Origin: an uncultured Chloroflexia bacterium
Lineage (GTDB): Bacteria > Chloroflexota > Limnocylindria > Limnocylindrales > CSP1-4
Assembly: GCA_963734535.1 (NCBI GenBank)
Contig: CAVTHS010000008.1
Coordinates: 489,155 to 553,154 of the forward strand
Direction: 5' to 3'
DNA: 64,000 nucleotides
Below, piece after piece: positions 37,360 through 46,012 of the stretch; within the stretch, counting starts at the first letter, position 1; every line of letters begins with the position of its first letter. The notes under the pieces were generated by a model. That model saw only the letters and a program-made list of their open reading frames with translations. It was not told the origin of the DNA and did not search any database. The translations under genes and the position numbers were made by a program.

Positions 37360-38742
37360 ATGAGCCTGTTCGACATCTTCGTCACCGTGGACCAGCCGGA
37401 CCTGTGGGCGGCGCGCGCCCAGATGGCCCTCTCGCTTGCCTGGCACATCGTGATCGCCTGTTTCGGCGTGGGCCTGCCCCTCCTGATCCTGGTCGTGGAG
37501 TTCCGCGGGCACCGGGGCGGCGGGCCTGTCTACGACGAGCTTGCCCACCGCTGGGCGAAGGTCCTCGGCGTGCTGTTCGCCGTCGGCGCCGTGTCGGGCA
37601 CGATCCTCTCGTTCGAGATGGGGATCCTCTGGCCGCGGCTGATCGAGACGTTCGGCTCGGTCATGGGACTGCCCTTCGCGATCGAAGGGGTTGCCTTCTT
37701 CATCGAGGCGATCTTCATCGGGATCTACCTGTACGGCTGGGACCGCCTGTCGCCGCGGGTCCACCTGCTGAGCGGCGTCCCGATCGTGATCAGCGGCGTC
37801 GCCTCCGCCTGGTTCGTCGTGACCGCGAATGCGTGGCTCAACCAGCCGGTCGGCTTCGTGCTCACCGACGGCGTGGTCACCGGCGTGGACCCGTGGGCCG
37901 CGATCTTCAACCCGGCGACCCCGATCGAGACGACGCACATGATCCTCGCCGCGCTGATGGTGACCGGCTTCGGGATCGCCGCCGGCCATGCCTGGGGCCT
38001 GCGCCGCGACCGCGGATCGCGCCTGCATCGGACGGGCTTCCTCGTGGCCTTCACGCTGGGTGCCCTCGTGACCCCGGCCCAGATCGTGGCGGGCGATGCG
38101 GCCGCCCAGTTCCTGGCCACGAACCAGCCGATCAAGCTCGCCGCCATCGAGGGCCTCTACCAGTCGGAGCGCGGGGCGCCGCTCTCGATCGGCGGCATCC
38201 CGATCGACGGCCAGATGCGCTTCGCCCTCCAGATCCCCGACGGCCTTTCCCTGCTCGCGTTCCGCGACCCGAACGCCCTCGTCCAGGGGCTCGACACCGT
38301 CCCGGCTGACCAGCAGCCGCCGGTCCTTCCCGTGCACATCGCGTTCCAGGTCATGGTGGCGATCGGGTTCGCCCTGCTCGGCCTCGGCGCCTGGCTCCTC
38401 TGGGCCTGGTGGCGCCGGCGCGGCCTGCCCGGGTCGCGCATCTTCCTGCTGGGGGCCGTCGCCGCAGGCCCGGCCGCGGCGATCGCGATGGAGGCGGGCT
38501 GGGTCGTGACCGAGCTCGGCCGCCAGCCCTGGATCGTCTACCGCATCATGCGGGTCGACGAGGCGGTTACCGCGGCGCGCGGCCTCCCGATCGGGCTCTT
38601 CACCCTGCTCGCGGTCTACGTCGTCCTGACGGTCGCCACCGTGTTCGTGGTCCGGCGGACCCTTGCGCCCGGCCCGGCCGGGCTCGACCCGCCCGGCGCG
38701 TCCGGCCCGCCCGAACCCGACCCGGCGGGGTCGCGATCGTGA
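37360..38742 (+). CDS. cydA: Cytochrome bd ubiquinol oxidase subunit I
   Basis: Motifs ARAQMA...HI, GAVSGT..SFE, EG.AFF.E, QPIKLAAIEG, GW..TELGRQPW. Confidence 0.95.
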   Translation: MSLFDIFVTVDQPDLWAARAQMALSLAWHIVIACFGVGLPLLILVVEFRGHRGGGPVYDELAHRWAKVLGVLFAVGAVSGTILSFEMGILWPRLIETFGSVMGLPFAIEGVAFFIEAIFIGIYLYGWDRLSPRVHLLSGVPIVISGVASAWFVVTANAWLNQPVGFVLTDGVVTGVDPWAAIFNPATPIETTHMILAALMVTGFGIAAGHAWGLRRDRGSRLHRTGFLVAFTLGALVTPAQIVAGDAAAQFLATNQPIKLAAIEGLYQSERGAPLSIGGIPIDGQMRFALQIPDGLSLLAFRDPNALVQGLDTVPADQQPPVLPVHIAFQVMVAIGFALLGLGAWLLWAWWRRRGLPGSRIFLLGAVAAGPAAAIAMEAGWVVTELGRQPWIVYRIMRVDEAVTAARGLPIGLFTLLAVYVVLTVATVFVVRRTLAPGPAGLDPPGASGPPEPDPAGSRS

Positions 38743-39731
38743 CGATCGCCGACGCGATCCTCGTCCTGCTCTGGGCGGGGCTGACCGCCTATGCGCTCTT
38801 CGGCGGCGCCGATTTCGGCGCCGGGTTCTGGGACCTCGTCCGCGGCGGCCGGCGAAACGATGCGATCGGGTCGCTCATCGAGGAGACGATCGGCCCGGTC
38901 TGGGAGGCCAACCACGTCTGGCTGATCTTCGCGCTCGTGGTGGTCTGGACCGCCTTCCCCATGGTCTTCGCCGCGGTCGCGTCGACGCTCTACATCCCGC
39001 TCACGGCGGTCGCGATCGGCGTGATCCTGCGCGGTTCGGCATTCGCCTTCCGCAAGTCCGTGCGGGAGCCGCGACTGGAGCGGTGGTTCGGGCTGCTCTT
39101 CGGGCTGTCGTCCATCATCACGCCGTTCTTCCTGGGCGCCATCGCCGGTGCCATCGCGTCCGGCCGCGTGCCGCCCGGGAACGCTGCCGGCGACGCGATC
39201 GGGAGCTGGCTCAACCCGACGTCGGTCCTGGGAGGGACGCTTGCGGTCGGCATCTGCGCATACCTCGCGGCGGTCTACCTGACCTCGGACGCACGCCGGG
39301 CGAGAGACCCGGGGCTTGCCGATGCCTTCCGTGGGCGAGCGCTCGTCATGGGCGTCGCGGTCGGGATGGTGGCGATGCTCGGGATCGTCGTGCTCGGCGC
39401 GGACGCCCCGATCCTGTACGACGGGCTCGTCTCGCGGGCCCTGCCGCTTGTCGTCCTGTCCGCAGTGGCCGGGCTGGGATCGCTGGTGCTCCTCTACCGC
39501 CGGAGGTTCGGCGCCGCCCGGATCAGCGCCGCCCTCGCGGTTGGGGGCGTCATGTGGGGATGGGCCGTGGCCCAGTACCCGAACCTCCTCGTCGGTTCCC
39601 TGACGATCGGCCAGGCGTCGGCTGCAGAGACAACCATGGTCGCGTTGCTGGCCAGCCTCCTGGTCGGGGCGATCCTCGTGGTCCCGTCGATGGCCGCGCT
39701 GTTCCTCCTCTCACAGCGGCCCCGCACCTGA
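38739..39731 (+). CDS. cydB: Cytochrome bd ubiquinol oxidase subunit II
   Basis: Motifs GADFGAG, PVWEANHVWLIF, LRG.AF.FR. Confidence 0.95.
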   Translation: MTIADAILVLLWAGLTAYALFGGADFGAGFWDLVRGGRRNDAIGSLIEETIGPVWEANHVWLIFALVVVWTAFPMVFAAVASTLYIPLTAVAIGVILRGSAFAFRKSVREPRLERWFGLLFGLSSIITPFFLGAIAGAIASGRVPPGNAAGDAIGSWLNPTSVLGGTLAVGICAYLAAVYLTSDARRARDPGLADAFRGRALVMGVAVGMVAMLGIVVLGADAPILYDGLVSRALPLVVLSAVAGLGSLVLLYRRRFGAARISAALAVGGVMWGWAVAQYPNLLVGSLTIGQASAAETTMVALLASLLVGAILVVPSMAALFLLSQRPRT

Positions 39732-39778
39732 GCCGCGCGTCGACCGCGGACGAGGGCGCCCGCGGTCCGCTCGATCGG

Positions 39779-40270
39779 TCAGGGCTTGACGGCTGACCAG
39801 CCGGTGTAGATGCCGTTCGAATCGCCGGCGGCCTTGTCGCCCGCGAAGAAGTAGAGCGGCTTCCCGTTGTACGTCACCTGGAGCGTGCCGTCGTCTGCCC
39901 GCGTGATCGTCCCGAGCTTCCCGGTGACCCCGCTGGCGCCGGTCGGAGTGGAGCCGGCCGGGACCGTGAGCGCGGGCCACTTCGTGATGCACCCGCCGGT
40001 GCAGGCGCTGGTGCCGCTGTTGGCGACATCCTTGTCGAACGTGTAGACCGTCATCCCGTTCGAGCTGGCCACGACGAGCGTGCCGACCGTGCCGACCGTC
40101 GCGGTCATCACCACGGGTCCACCGGCCGCGGCCGGGGCCGATGCCGCGGCGGAGGCGGCCGGCGCCGCCGAAGGGCTCGCGGCCGGCGCGGCCGTTGCCG
40201 CCCCGCTACAGGCTGCCGCGACCCCGGCGATGAGAATGATGGCTCCAGCCATCGTGTTGCGTGCGTTCAT
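39779..40270 (-). CDS. Lipoprotein with COG4315 (Lipoprotein_15) repeats
   Basis: Lipobox AAAC; GMTVYTFDKD, C...C..KWP, QVTYNGKPLY.F..D. Confidence 0.85.
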   Translation of the reverse strand: MNARNTMAGAIILIAGVAAACSGAATAAPAASPSAAPAASAAASAPAAAGGPVVMTATVGTVGTLVVASSNGMTVYTFDKDVANSGTSACTGGCITKWPALTVPAGSTPTGASGVTGKLGTITRADDGTLQVTYNGKPLYFFAGDKAAGDSNGIYTGWSAVKP

Positions 40271-40330
40271 CGGTCACCCCGTTGCATGGTCCATGTCGGT
40301 TCGGGGAACGAAGGCGCCCCCCACACCCGT

Positions 40331-40359
40331 CTTACGGCCACGGTCGGTGGGTGGTTTTC
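40331..40359 (-). promoter_or_regulatory. Putative ECF sigma promoter
   Basis: GAAAAC-17 nt-CGTAAG upstream of the lipoprotein gene. Confidence 0.45.
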
Positions 40360-40476
40360 GGGGGCGACATCGCAACCCTCGGACGAGGTCCGACGGCGGC
40401 GGGCTGCGACGATGTGAGCGCGTGATCGGCGGTGCGGCAGGGGCCGGCTCCGCCGCGCCAGGATCGAGGGGCCGGG

Positions 40477-41781
40477 TCAGCCGTCCGCCGTGGAACGGGA
40501 GGGCGTGCTCGCCGCGCCGGCCCGCGACCGCGCCGCCAGCCGCTTCTCGGCGTTCGCCACGGCGGTCCGGGCCTCGCGCTCCGTGCGGCTGCCGTCCATC
40601 GCGTAGCGGTCCGCGCACATCAGGTCGAACGCGTGGACCGCCGCCTCCTGGTTCGAGTACCGCCCCGCCTCCCAGCTTCGCGAGCGCGTGCCCTGCTGCT
40701 GGAGCTCCACGACGTGGTAGTCCTCGCGGTTCGTGATGTCCCAGAACTCCACGGCGCCGGACACGTCCGCCGATCCAACCTGGTCCGCGTCCACGTACAG
40801 CTCGCAGACGACCTTCGAGCGGCCGGGGCCGTCCGGCCATGCCTGGTGGGTCAGCACGTAGTCCGGGTGGACCGAGACGATCAGGTTCGGCCAGAGGATG
40901 TAGTAGTAGATCCGGCCGGCCTCGATCTCGTCGCGGGCGTAGAGCAGCGGGCGCCCGTGGCGCTGGCCGTCGAGCGACATCGTCTCGCAGCCGTTCGCGA
41001 ACACCATCCAGCCGCCCTTCCACGGGCCGCTCGGGAAGAAGTCCTCGCCCAGGTCGTACGGGGTCAGCCGGTTGAGCAGCGGGTGGACTCCCGGGCAGTG
41101 GTAGCACTCCGAGTAGTTCTCGGCGACGATCTTCCAGTTCGCCGCGACGTCGTACTCGAGCCGGGCGGCGCGCCGGAGCCGCGCGAAGTCACGCCCGAAG
41201 CCGGCGTGGTGGGCGAACCAGTCGCCGAGGTACGCCTCGAGGCCGGGGGTCGCGTCGTCGAAGCAGAGGAAGATCCAGCCGCCCCAGGCTTCCGCCCGGA
41301 TCGACGCGAGGCCGAACGTCTCGAGGCTGAAGTCCTCGAGGTCCTCCGTGTGCCTGGCCCGGGCGAGGCGTCCGTCGAGGTCATAGATCCAGGCGTGGTA
41401 CGGGCACTGGAAGCGGACGGCGGTGCCGCATTCGCGCTCCTCCACGGCCGTTCCGCGATGCCGGCAGACGTTGTAGAAGGCACGGACCACGTCGTCGCCA
41501 GCGCGGACCAGCAGGATGCTCTCGCCGAAGTAGTCGCGCAGGACGAAGCTCCCGGGGTCGGGCAGCTCCTCCGCGCGCGCCACCGCGACCCAGTCGCGGA
41601 AGAACCACTCGTCACGCTCGAAGTCCAGGAACGCCTCGTCGTGGTAGGCACGGCCGGGGAGGAGGCGCGCGCCGCGGAACGGGCGTCGGATGGAGGCAAG
41701 CTCGTCCGGCGTCAGCGGCGACGCGCGATGCGACGGCGGCGTGGCGGTCGTGTGGCGGGGCTCCTGCGGCGTGGCGGTCAT
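40477..41781 (-). CDS. Rieske non-heme iron oxygenase alpha subunit (betaine demethylase/choline monooxygenase-like)
   Basis: Motifs NVCRHRG, CPYHAW, NWK...ENYSECYHC..VHP. Confidence 0.9.
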   Translation of the reverse strand: MTATPQEPRHTTATPPSHRASPLTPDELASIRRPFRGARLLPGRAYHDEAFLDFERDEWFFRDWVAVARAEELPDPGSFVLRDYFGESILLVRAGDDVVRAFYNVCRHRGTAVEERECGTAVRFQCPYHAWIYDLDGRLARARHTEDLEDFSLETFGLASIRAEAWGGWIFLCFDDATPGLEAYLGDWFAHHAGFGRDFARLRRAARLEYDVAANWKIVAENYSECYHCPGVHPLLNRLTPYDLGEDFFPSGPWKGGWMVFANGCETMSLDGQRHGRPLLYARDEIEAGRIYYYILWPNLIVSVHPDYVLTHQAWPDGPGRSKVVCELYVDADQVGSADVSGAVEFWDITNREDYHVVELQQQGTRSRSWEAGRYSNQEAAVHAFDLMCADRYAMDGSRTEREARTAVANAEKRLAARSRAGAASTPSRSTADG

Positions 41782-41930
41782 GCGGGGCGGCTCCTGCGGC
41801 GTAACTCCTGCGGCGCGAGCCCGGATCGTAGCGGATGGCGACGAAAGCCCGGTCGAATCGACACGCTCCTGATCGTCGCGAGCCCAATGGCTCGACCAAG
41901 ATCGCCACGGCCCATATCGTTCACGGGGAC

Positions 41931-43715
41931 TCAGTCGAGCGTGACCACCTCGTGCCAGCGCGGGACGTGCACGTCGAAGCCGAGCGCGGCGACCTTCGGG
42001 GCGAGCTCCGCCTGCGGCCCCGGATCGCCGTGGACCAGGAAGACGCGCCGCGGGAAGCCGGGGTCGCCGGCGGCCTTCCCATGGCCGAATCCCGCCAGCC
42101 AGGCGAGCAGCCCCGGCTCGTCCGCGTGAGCGGAGAAGCCGCTGATCGACGCGATCCGGCAGCGGACGTCGCGAACCTGCCCGTCCAGGCGGACCGTCCG
42201 GGCGCCCTCCTGGAGGTGGCGGCCCAGCGTCCCCTCGCCCTGGTAGCCCACGAACAGGATCGTGGCAGCGGGGTCGTCGATCAGGTTCCGGAGGTGCCCG
42301 ACCACCCGTCCGCCGGTGAGCATGCCGTTGGACGCCACGATCATGTAGGGCCGGCGCGCCCTGGCGATCGCCTGCGACTGCGCCATGTCGTTGACCACGA
42401 TCTGCTTCGGGTAGTCGAGCGGCGTGTCGCCTGTTTCGAAGAGCGCCCGCGTCTCTTCGTCGAAGTACTCCGTGTGGCGCCGGTAGATGTCGCTCGCCTT
42501 CGAGGCCATCGGCGAGTCCAGGTAGAGCGGGAGGGCCGGGATCTCGCCGGCCGACACCAGGCGATCCAGCTCCCAGACGATCTCCTGGGTCCGCCCGATC
42601 GCGAACGACGGCACGAGCAGGACGCCATCGTGCTCCGCGACGAGACGGACGGTCTCGGCCAGGATCCGGTGCGCCTCGGCCGTCGGCTCGTGCTCCCGGC
42701 CGCCGTAGGTGGACTCGCAGAGGACGTAGTCGGCGTCGCTCATGGGCGTCGGGTCGGCGATGATCGGCGCCCCGGCCCGGCCCAGGTCGCCGGAGAAGAC
42801 GAGGATCCGCTCCGGCCCGCCGGGCACGTCCTGCACGCGGAGCCGGATGATCGAGGAGCCCAGGATGTGACCCGCGTCGAGGTAGGTCGCGTGGATCCCG
42901 GGCGCGACCTCCTCCTCCACGCCGTAGCGGACGGGGCGGAAGCCGCGGAGGCTCTCCACCGCGTCCCGTTCCGTGTAGAGCGGCGCGTCCAGGTCGGGCG
43001 TCAGTTCCGCGCCGGTCGCCCGAAGGTCGCGCTCGTGGTCCGGTCGCCCGGGTCCTCCGACCGGCTCGATCGACGTGGCGACGTGCGCGCCTTCGGCGTG
43101 CGCCGCCTCCTGGGCATGGCGAATGGTCCCCGGGGCGGCGGCGAGGCTGGCGGGTGCGGGCACCGCCGGCGTCGACGCGAGCGACGCTGGCGTGGGTGCG
43201 GTCGAACCGGACGTTGGCGCGTCATCGACCGTCTCGTGGCTCCGGGCTGCGAAGCTCGCCGCGGCGCTGGTCGGCTGCGTGCCGTGCTCACCAGCCTCGG
43301 CGAGCTCGATCGCGGCGTCGAGCGCCGCCTGTTCCTTCGCGTCGTCGGCCTCCGCCCGGTCCGGGTGGCGCCGCTCCCAGCGATCCTCGCGCTTGCTGAA
43401 CTCCTCCTGGAGCCGCCCCGAGTCGAGCAGGACGAGGCGCGCGAGCTCGATTGTCCCTGCGGTCGCGCGAATCGGGCCACGGAAGCCTTCCCGGACGACA
43501 TGCGGGATCAGCCCGCAGTGGTCCAGGTGGGCGTGCGTGAGGAGGATCGCGTCGAGGGTGGCGGGGTCGAATGCGAGCGGGATCCGGTTGCGGATCGCCT
43601 CGTTGGGCCCTCCCTGGAACATCCCGCAATCCACGAGGATGCGTGCCTGGCCGGTCTCGAGGAGGAACTGGCTGCCCGTGACGGTGGTCGCGGCGCCGAG
43701 GAAGTGAAGGTCCAT
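41931..43715 (-). CDS. MBL-fold beta-CASP ribonuclease with long insertion
   Basis: Motifs LGAATTVTGS, THAHLDHCG, AGHILGS, FSGDLG, ESTYG, FSAHAD, LVHGD. Confidence 0.9.
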   Translation of the reverse strand: MDLHFLGAATTVTGSQFLLETGQARILVDCGMFQGGPNEAIRNRIPLAFDPATLDAILLTHAHLDHCGLIPHVVREGFRGPIRATAGTIELARLVLLDSGRLQEEFSKREDRWERRHPDRAEADDAKEQAALDAAIELAEAGEHGTQPTSAAASFAARSHETVDDAPTSGSTAPTPASLASTPAVPAPASLAAAPGTIRHAQEAAHAEGAHVATSIEPVGGPGRPDHERDLRATGAELTPDLDAPLYTERDAVESLRGFRPVRYGVEEEVAPGIHATYLDAGHILGSSIIRLRVQDVPGGPERILVFSGDLGRAGAPIIADPTPMSDADYVLCESTYGGREHEPTAEAHRILAETVRLVAEHDGVLLVPSFAIGRTQEIVWELDRLVSAGEIPALPLYLDSPMASKASDIYRRHTEYFDEETRALFETGDTPLDYPKQIVVNDMAQSQAIARARRPYMIVASNGMLTGGRVVGHLRNLIDDPAATILFVGYQGEGTLGRHLQEGARTVRLDGQVRDVRCRIASISGFSAHADEPGLLAWLAGFGHGKAAGDPGFPRRVFLVHGDPGPQAELAPKVAALGFDVHVPRWHEVVTLD

Positions 43716-43828
43716 GACGCGGATGGTGCCACCGGCGCGGGGCTGCGTCACGTCGCGGGCCGTGCCACGGCGCACGCGCGCGCCGGCCCGACCGGGCCAG
43801 GCGCGGAGGGTGCCAGCCGGAGCCGCGC

Positions 43829-44631
43829 TCATGCGTGCCCGGCGTCGCGCAGCCGGCGCAACAGATCCGCGTAGTCGCGGTGCCGCGGTCGAAGGGTCGC
43901 AAGGAGATCGAGGGACGTCCAGGCGGGACTGCGGGGCCGTTCGACCGGGTCGAAGATGACCACCGTCGAGGTGACACCAGGCGAGCGCAGGCCGGCCGCC
44001 GTCCCACCACCGGGCGAAAGCGTCGGGCGCGTCCGGGCCAAGGCTCCTGATGGTGGCTTCCCGAAGGCGGACGACGTGCAGGCAATCGGCCGTCCAGGCG
44101 ATCGTGAGCACGTGCGTCACCGAGCGGAAGCCGCCCCGGATCGCGTGCCGGTCTGCGAGCGCTCCCGCCAGGTACTGCCGCTTCACGTTCCACGCTCCGG
44201 CCATCTCACCGACGTTCGGGATCGCGGTCTTCACCTCGTGGTGGAGGAGATCCGGGCCCGTCCGGGTCGACCGCCGTCACGTCGGCGCGCCCGGCGAACT
44301 GGAAGTGCTGGAAGGGTTCATCGACTCCGACGCGGCGACCCTGGGCACCGTACCGTGCCGCGAGGGCTTCGACGATCGCTGCGTGGACGGGATCCTGGGC
44401 GCGACCTGCGGACGCCTTCACGCGGGGTCGTCGAGGGAGACTTCGAGCCGAAGGCCGAGCGCGAGCCCGAGCCTCGAGCGTACGTCTCCAGGCTGGTCTG
44501 GTCACCGCGCTCCACGAGGTAGACCAGGGTCCGCGAGACGCCCGCCTCGAGGGCCAGACGCCCGGTCGTCCAGCGGCGCCGCACGCGGGCCGCGCGGACC
44601 TGCGCCCCGAGCGCGGCGCAGATGACGGTCA
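43829..44631 (-). pseudogene. XRE-type HTH fused to PD-(D/E)XK nuclease-like domain, at least four frameshifts
   Basis: Joined frames read VRAARVRRRWT..RLA.EAGVSR..VYLVERG / DPVHA / FAGRADV / DLLHHEVKT / RHRDYAD. Confidence 0.7.
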
Positions 44632-44682
44632 CGCGGGCGAGCGACGGCGGGAGTCGCAGGCTGGACCGTTCGAAACGGCGAC

Positions 44683-44923
44683 ATTGCACGTGAAGTGAAC
44701 ACCCCGCCCCTCACTCGACGCGTATCTCGCTCGCCCCGTGAGCCGGTGCGAACGCTCGCCGCCGGCGCTGACGAGTCGTGAGCGTGGCGAGCCGCGAACG
44801 CGTCGCTGAGCGTGACGAACGGTCACCCTGCGGTCACCGGAGCGGGATTGACGGATCGCGCGAACGCTACCCGAGGCTGCCCGGGGCCGGCATCAGGCCG
44901 CCGGTGTTGACTTCACGTGCGAT
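44683..44923. repeat. Inverted doublet of a 20-bp motif (REPIN/MITE-like), copy 1
   Basis: ATTGCACGTGAAGTGAACAC at 44683-44702 (+) and ATCGCACGTGAAGTCAACAC at 44904-44923 (-). Confidence 0.75.
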
Positions 44924-44980
44924 TCTGCGCTGCCTGGTCGCGGAACTCTGGAGAGCGCTCGGCCCGGGCGGCTGATCGGG

Positions 44981-45043
44981 CACGACACGCTGCCCGGCTC
45001 GACCCGCGGCCCAGCGCGACACGACACGCTCCCCGGCTCGACC
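44981..45043. repeat. Direct repeat, 24-nt unit with 39-nt period
   Basis: CACGACACGCT(G/C)CCCGGCTCGACC twice. Confidence 0.65.
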
Positions 45044-45144
45044 GGCCGCGCGCCAGGCGCACAGCGACCCGTCCCCGCCGCATTCCGGCCCAGACCCCAC
45101 GACCCCGAATGCCGGACCCGCCGCGTCCCGTTACGATCGAGCAC

Positions 45145-45813
45145 ATGCACGATCGCTGGTTCGGGTGGAGCGTCGCGCGGCGCCTGCCCGGGCTCATCGC
45201 GGGGCTGCTCCTGTTCGGCCTCGGGATCGCCGCGATGGCGGACGCCGGGCTCGGCCTCGGGCCGTGGGAGGTGCTCCACCAGGGAATCGGGCGCCACATC
45301 GGCGTGGATCTCGGCACCGTGAGCATCCTCGTGGGGATCCCGATCCTGTTCCTCTGGTGGCCGCTCGGGGAGCGGCCGGGGATCGGCACGATCCTCAACG
45401 TCGTGCTGATCGGGACTGCGACGAACGTCGCGCTGCCCCTCCTGCCCCAGCCATCCCAGCCGGTCCTGCAGCTGGCGATGACCGCCGCGGGAGTCCTCGT
45501 GATCGGGATCGCGACCGGCCTGTACCTCGCGGCCGACCTTGGAGCCGGCCCGCGCGATGGCGTCATGACCGGCATGCACCATCGGTACGGCTGGTCGATC
45601 CGGCGGGCGCGAACGGCGATCGAGCTGAGCGCCCTGGTGGCCGGGTTCCTGCTGGGCGGCACCGTCGGGATCGGGACGATGCTCTTCGCGTTCGGAATCG
45701 GGCCGATCGTCCAGGTCGCGCTCGGCGTGTTCGACCGCGAGGGGCGAGTCGCGCGGGCGCGCCGCCCGGATCTGGCCGAGGCGCTCGACTCCCCGGGCAC
45801 CGTGGGCGAGTAG
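45145..45813 (+). CDS. YczE/YyaS/YitT family membrane protein
   Basis: Motifs GLGPWEVLHQG, PGIGT, LGAGPRDG, GTVGIGT. Confidence 0.88.
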   Translation: MHDRWFGWSVARRLPGLIAGLLLFGLGIAAMADAGLGLGPWEVLHQGIGRHIGVDLGTVSILVGIPILFLWWPLGERPGIGTILNVVLIGTATNVALPLLPQPSQPVLQLAMTAAGVLVIGIATGLYLAADLGAGPRDGVMTGMHHRYGWSIRRARTAIELSALVAGFLLGGTVGIGTMLFAFGIGPIVQVALGVFDREGRVARARRPDLAEALDSPGTVGE

Positions 45814-46012
45814 CGCGAGGCAAGCCTGGCATCACCCCCCGGGCGAGCCCGGCGTCACCCCCGGGCAGCCCGGGCCGCCCGCCCCGGCTCGAGCAATTCG
45901 CCCGGCAGCGCCCAGCCCGGCCAGGCCCCGGGGCAGCCCGGCAGCCCGCCCCGGCTCGAGCAACCGGCCCGGCTCCGGCCAGGGCACCCAGCCCGACCGG
46001 GGCCGCGCCGGC

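Noticed and set aside
41931-44234. Single 767-aa ORF suggesting a nuclease fused to the beta-CASP protein
   Set aside because: The N-terminal part belongs to the frameshifted HTH-nuclease gene; the MBL protein starts at 43715 (MDLHFLG)
44946-44980. CTCTGGAGAG resembling a glycine aptamer start
   Set aside because: No CCGAAG or CTCTCAGG elements follow
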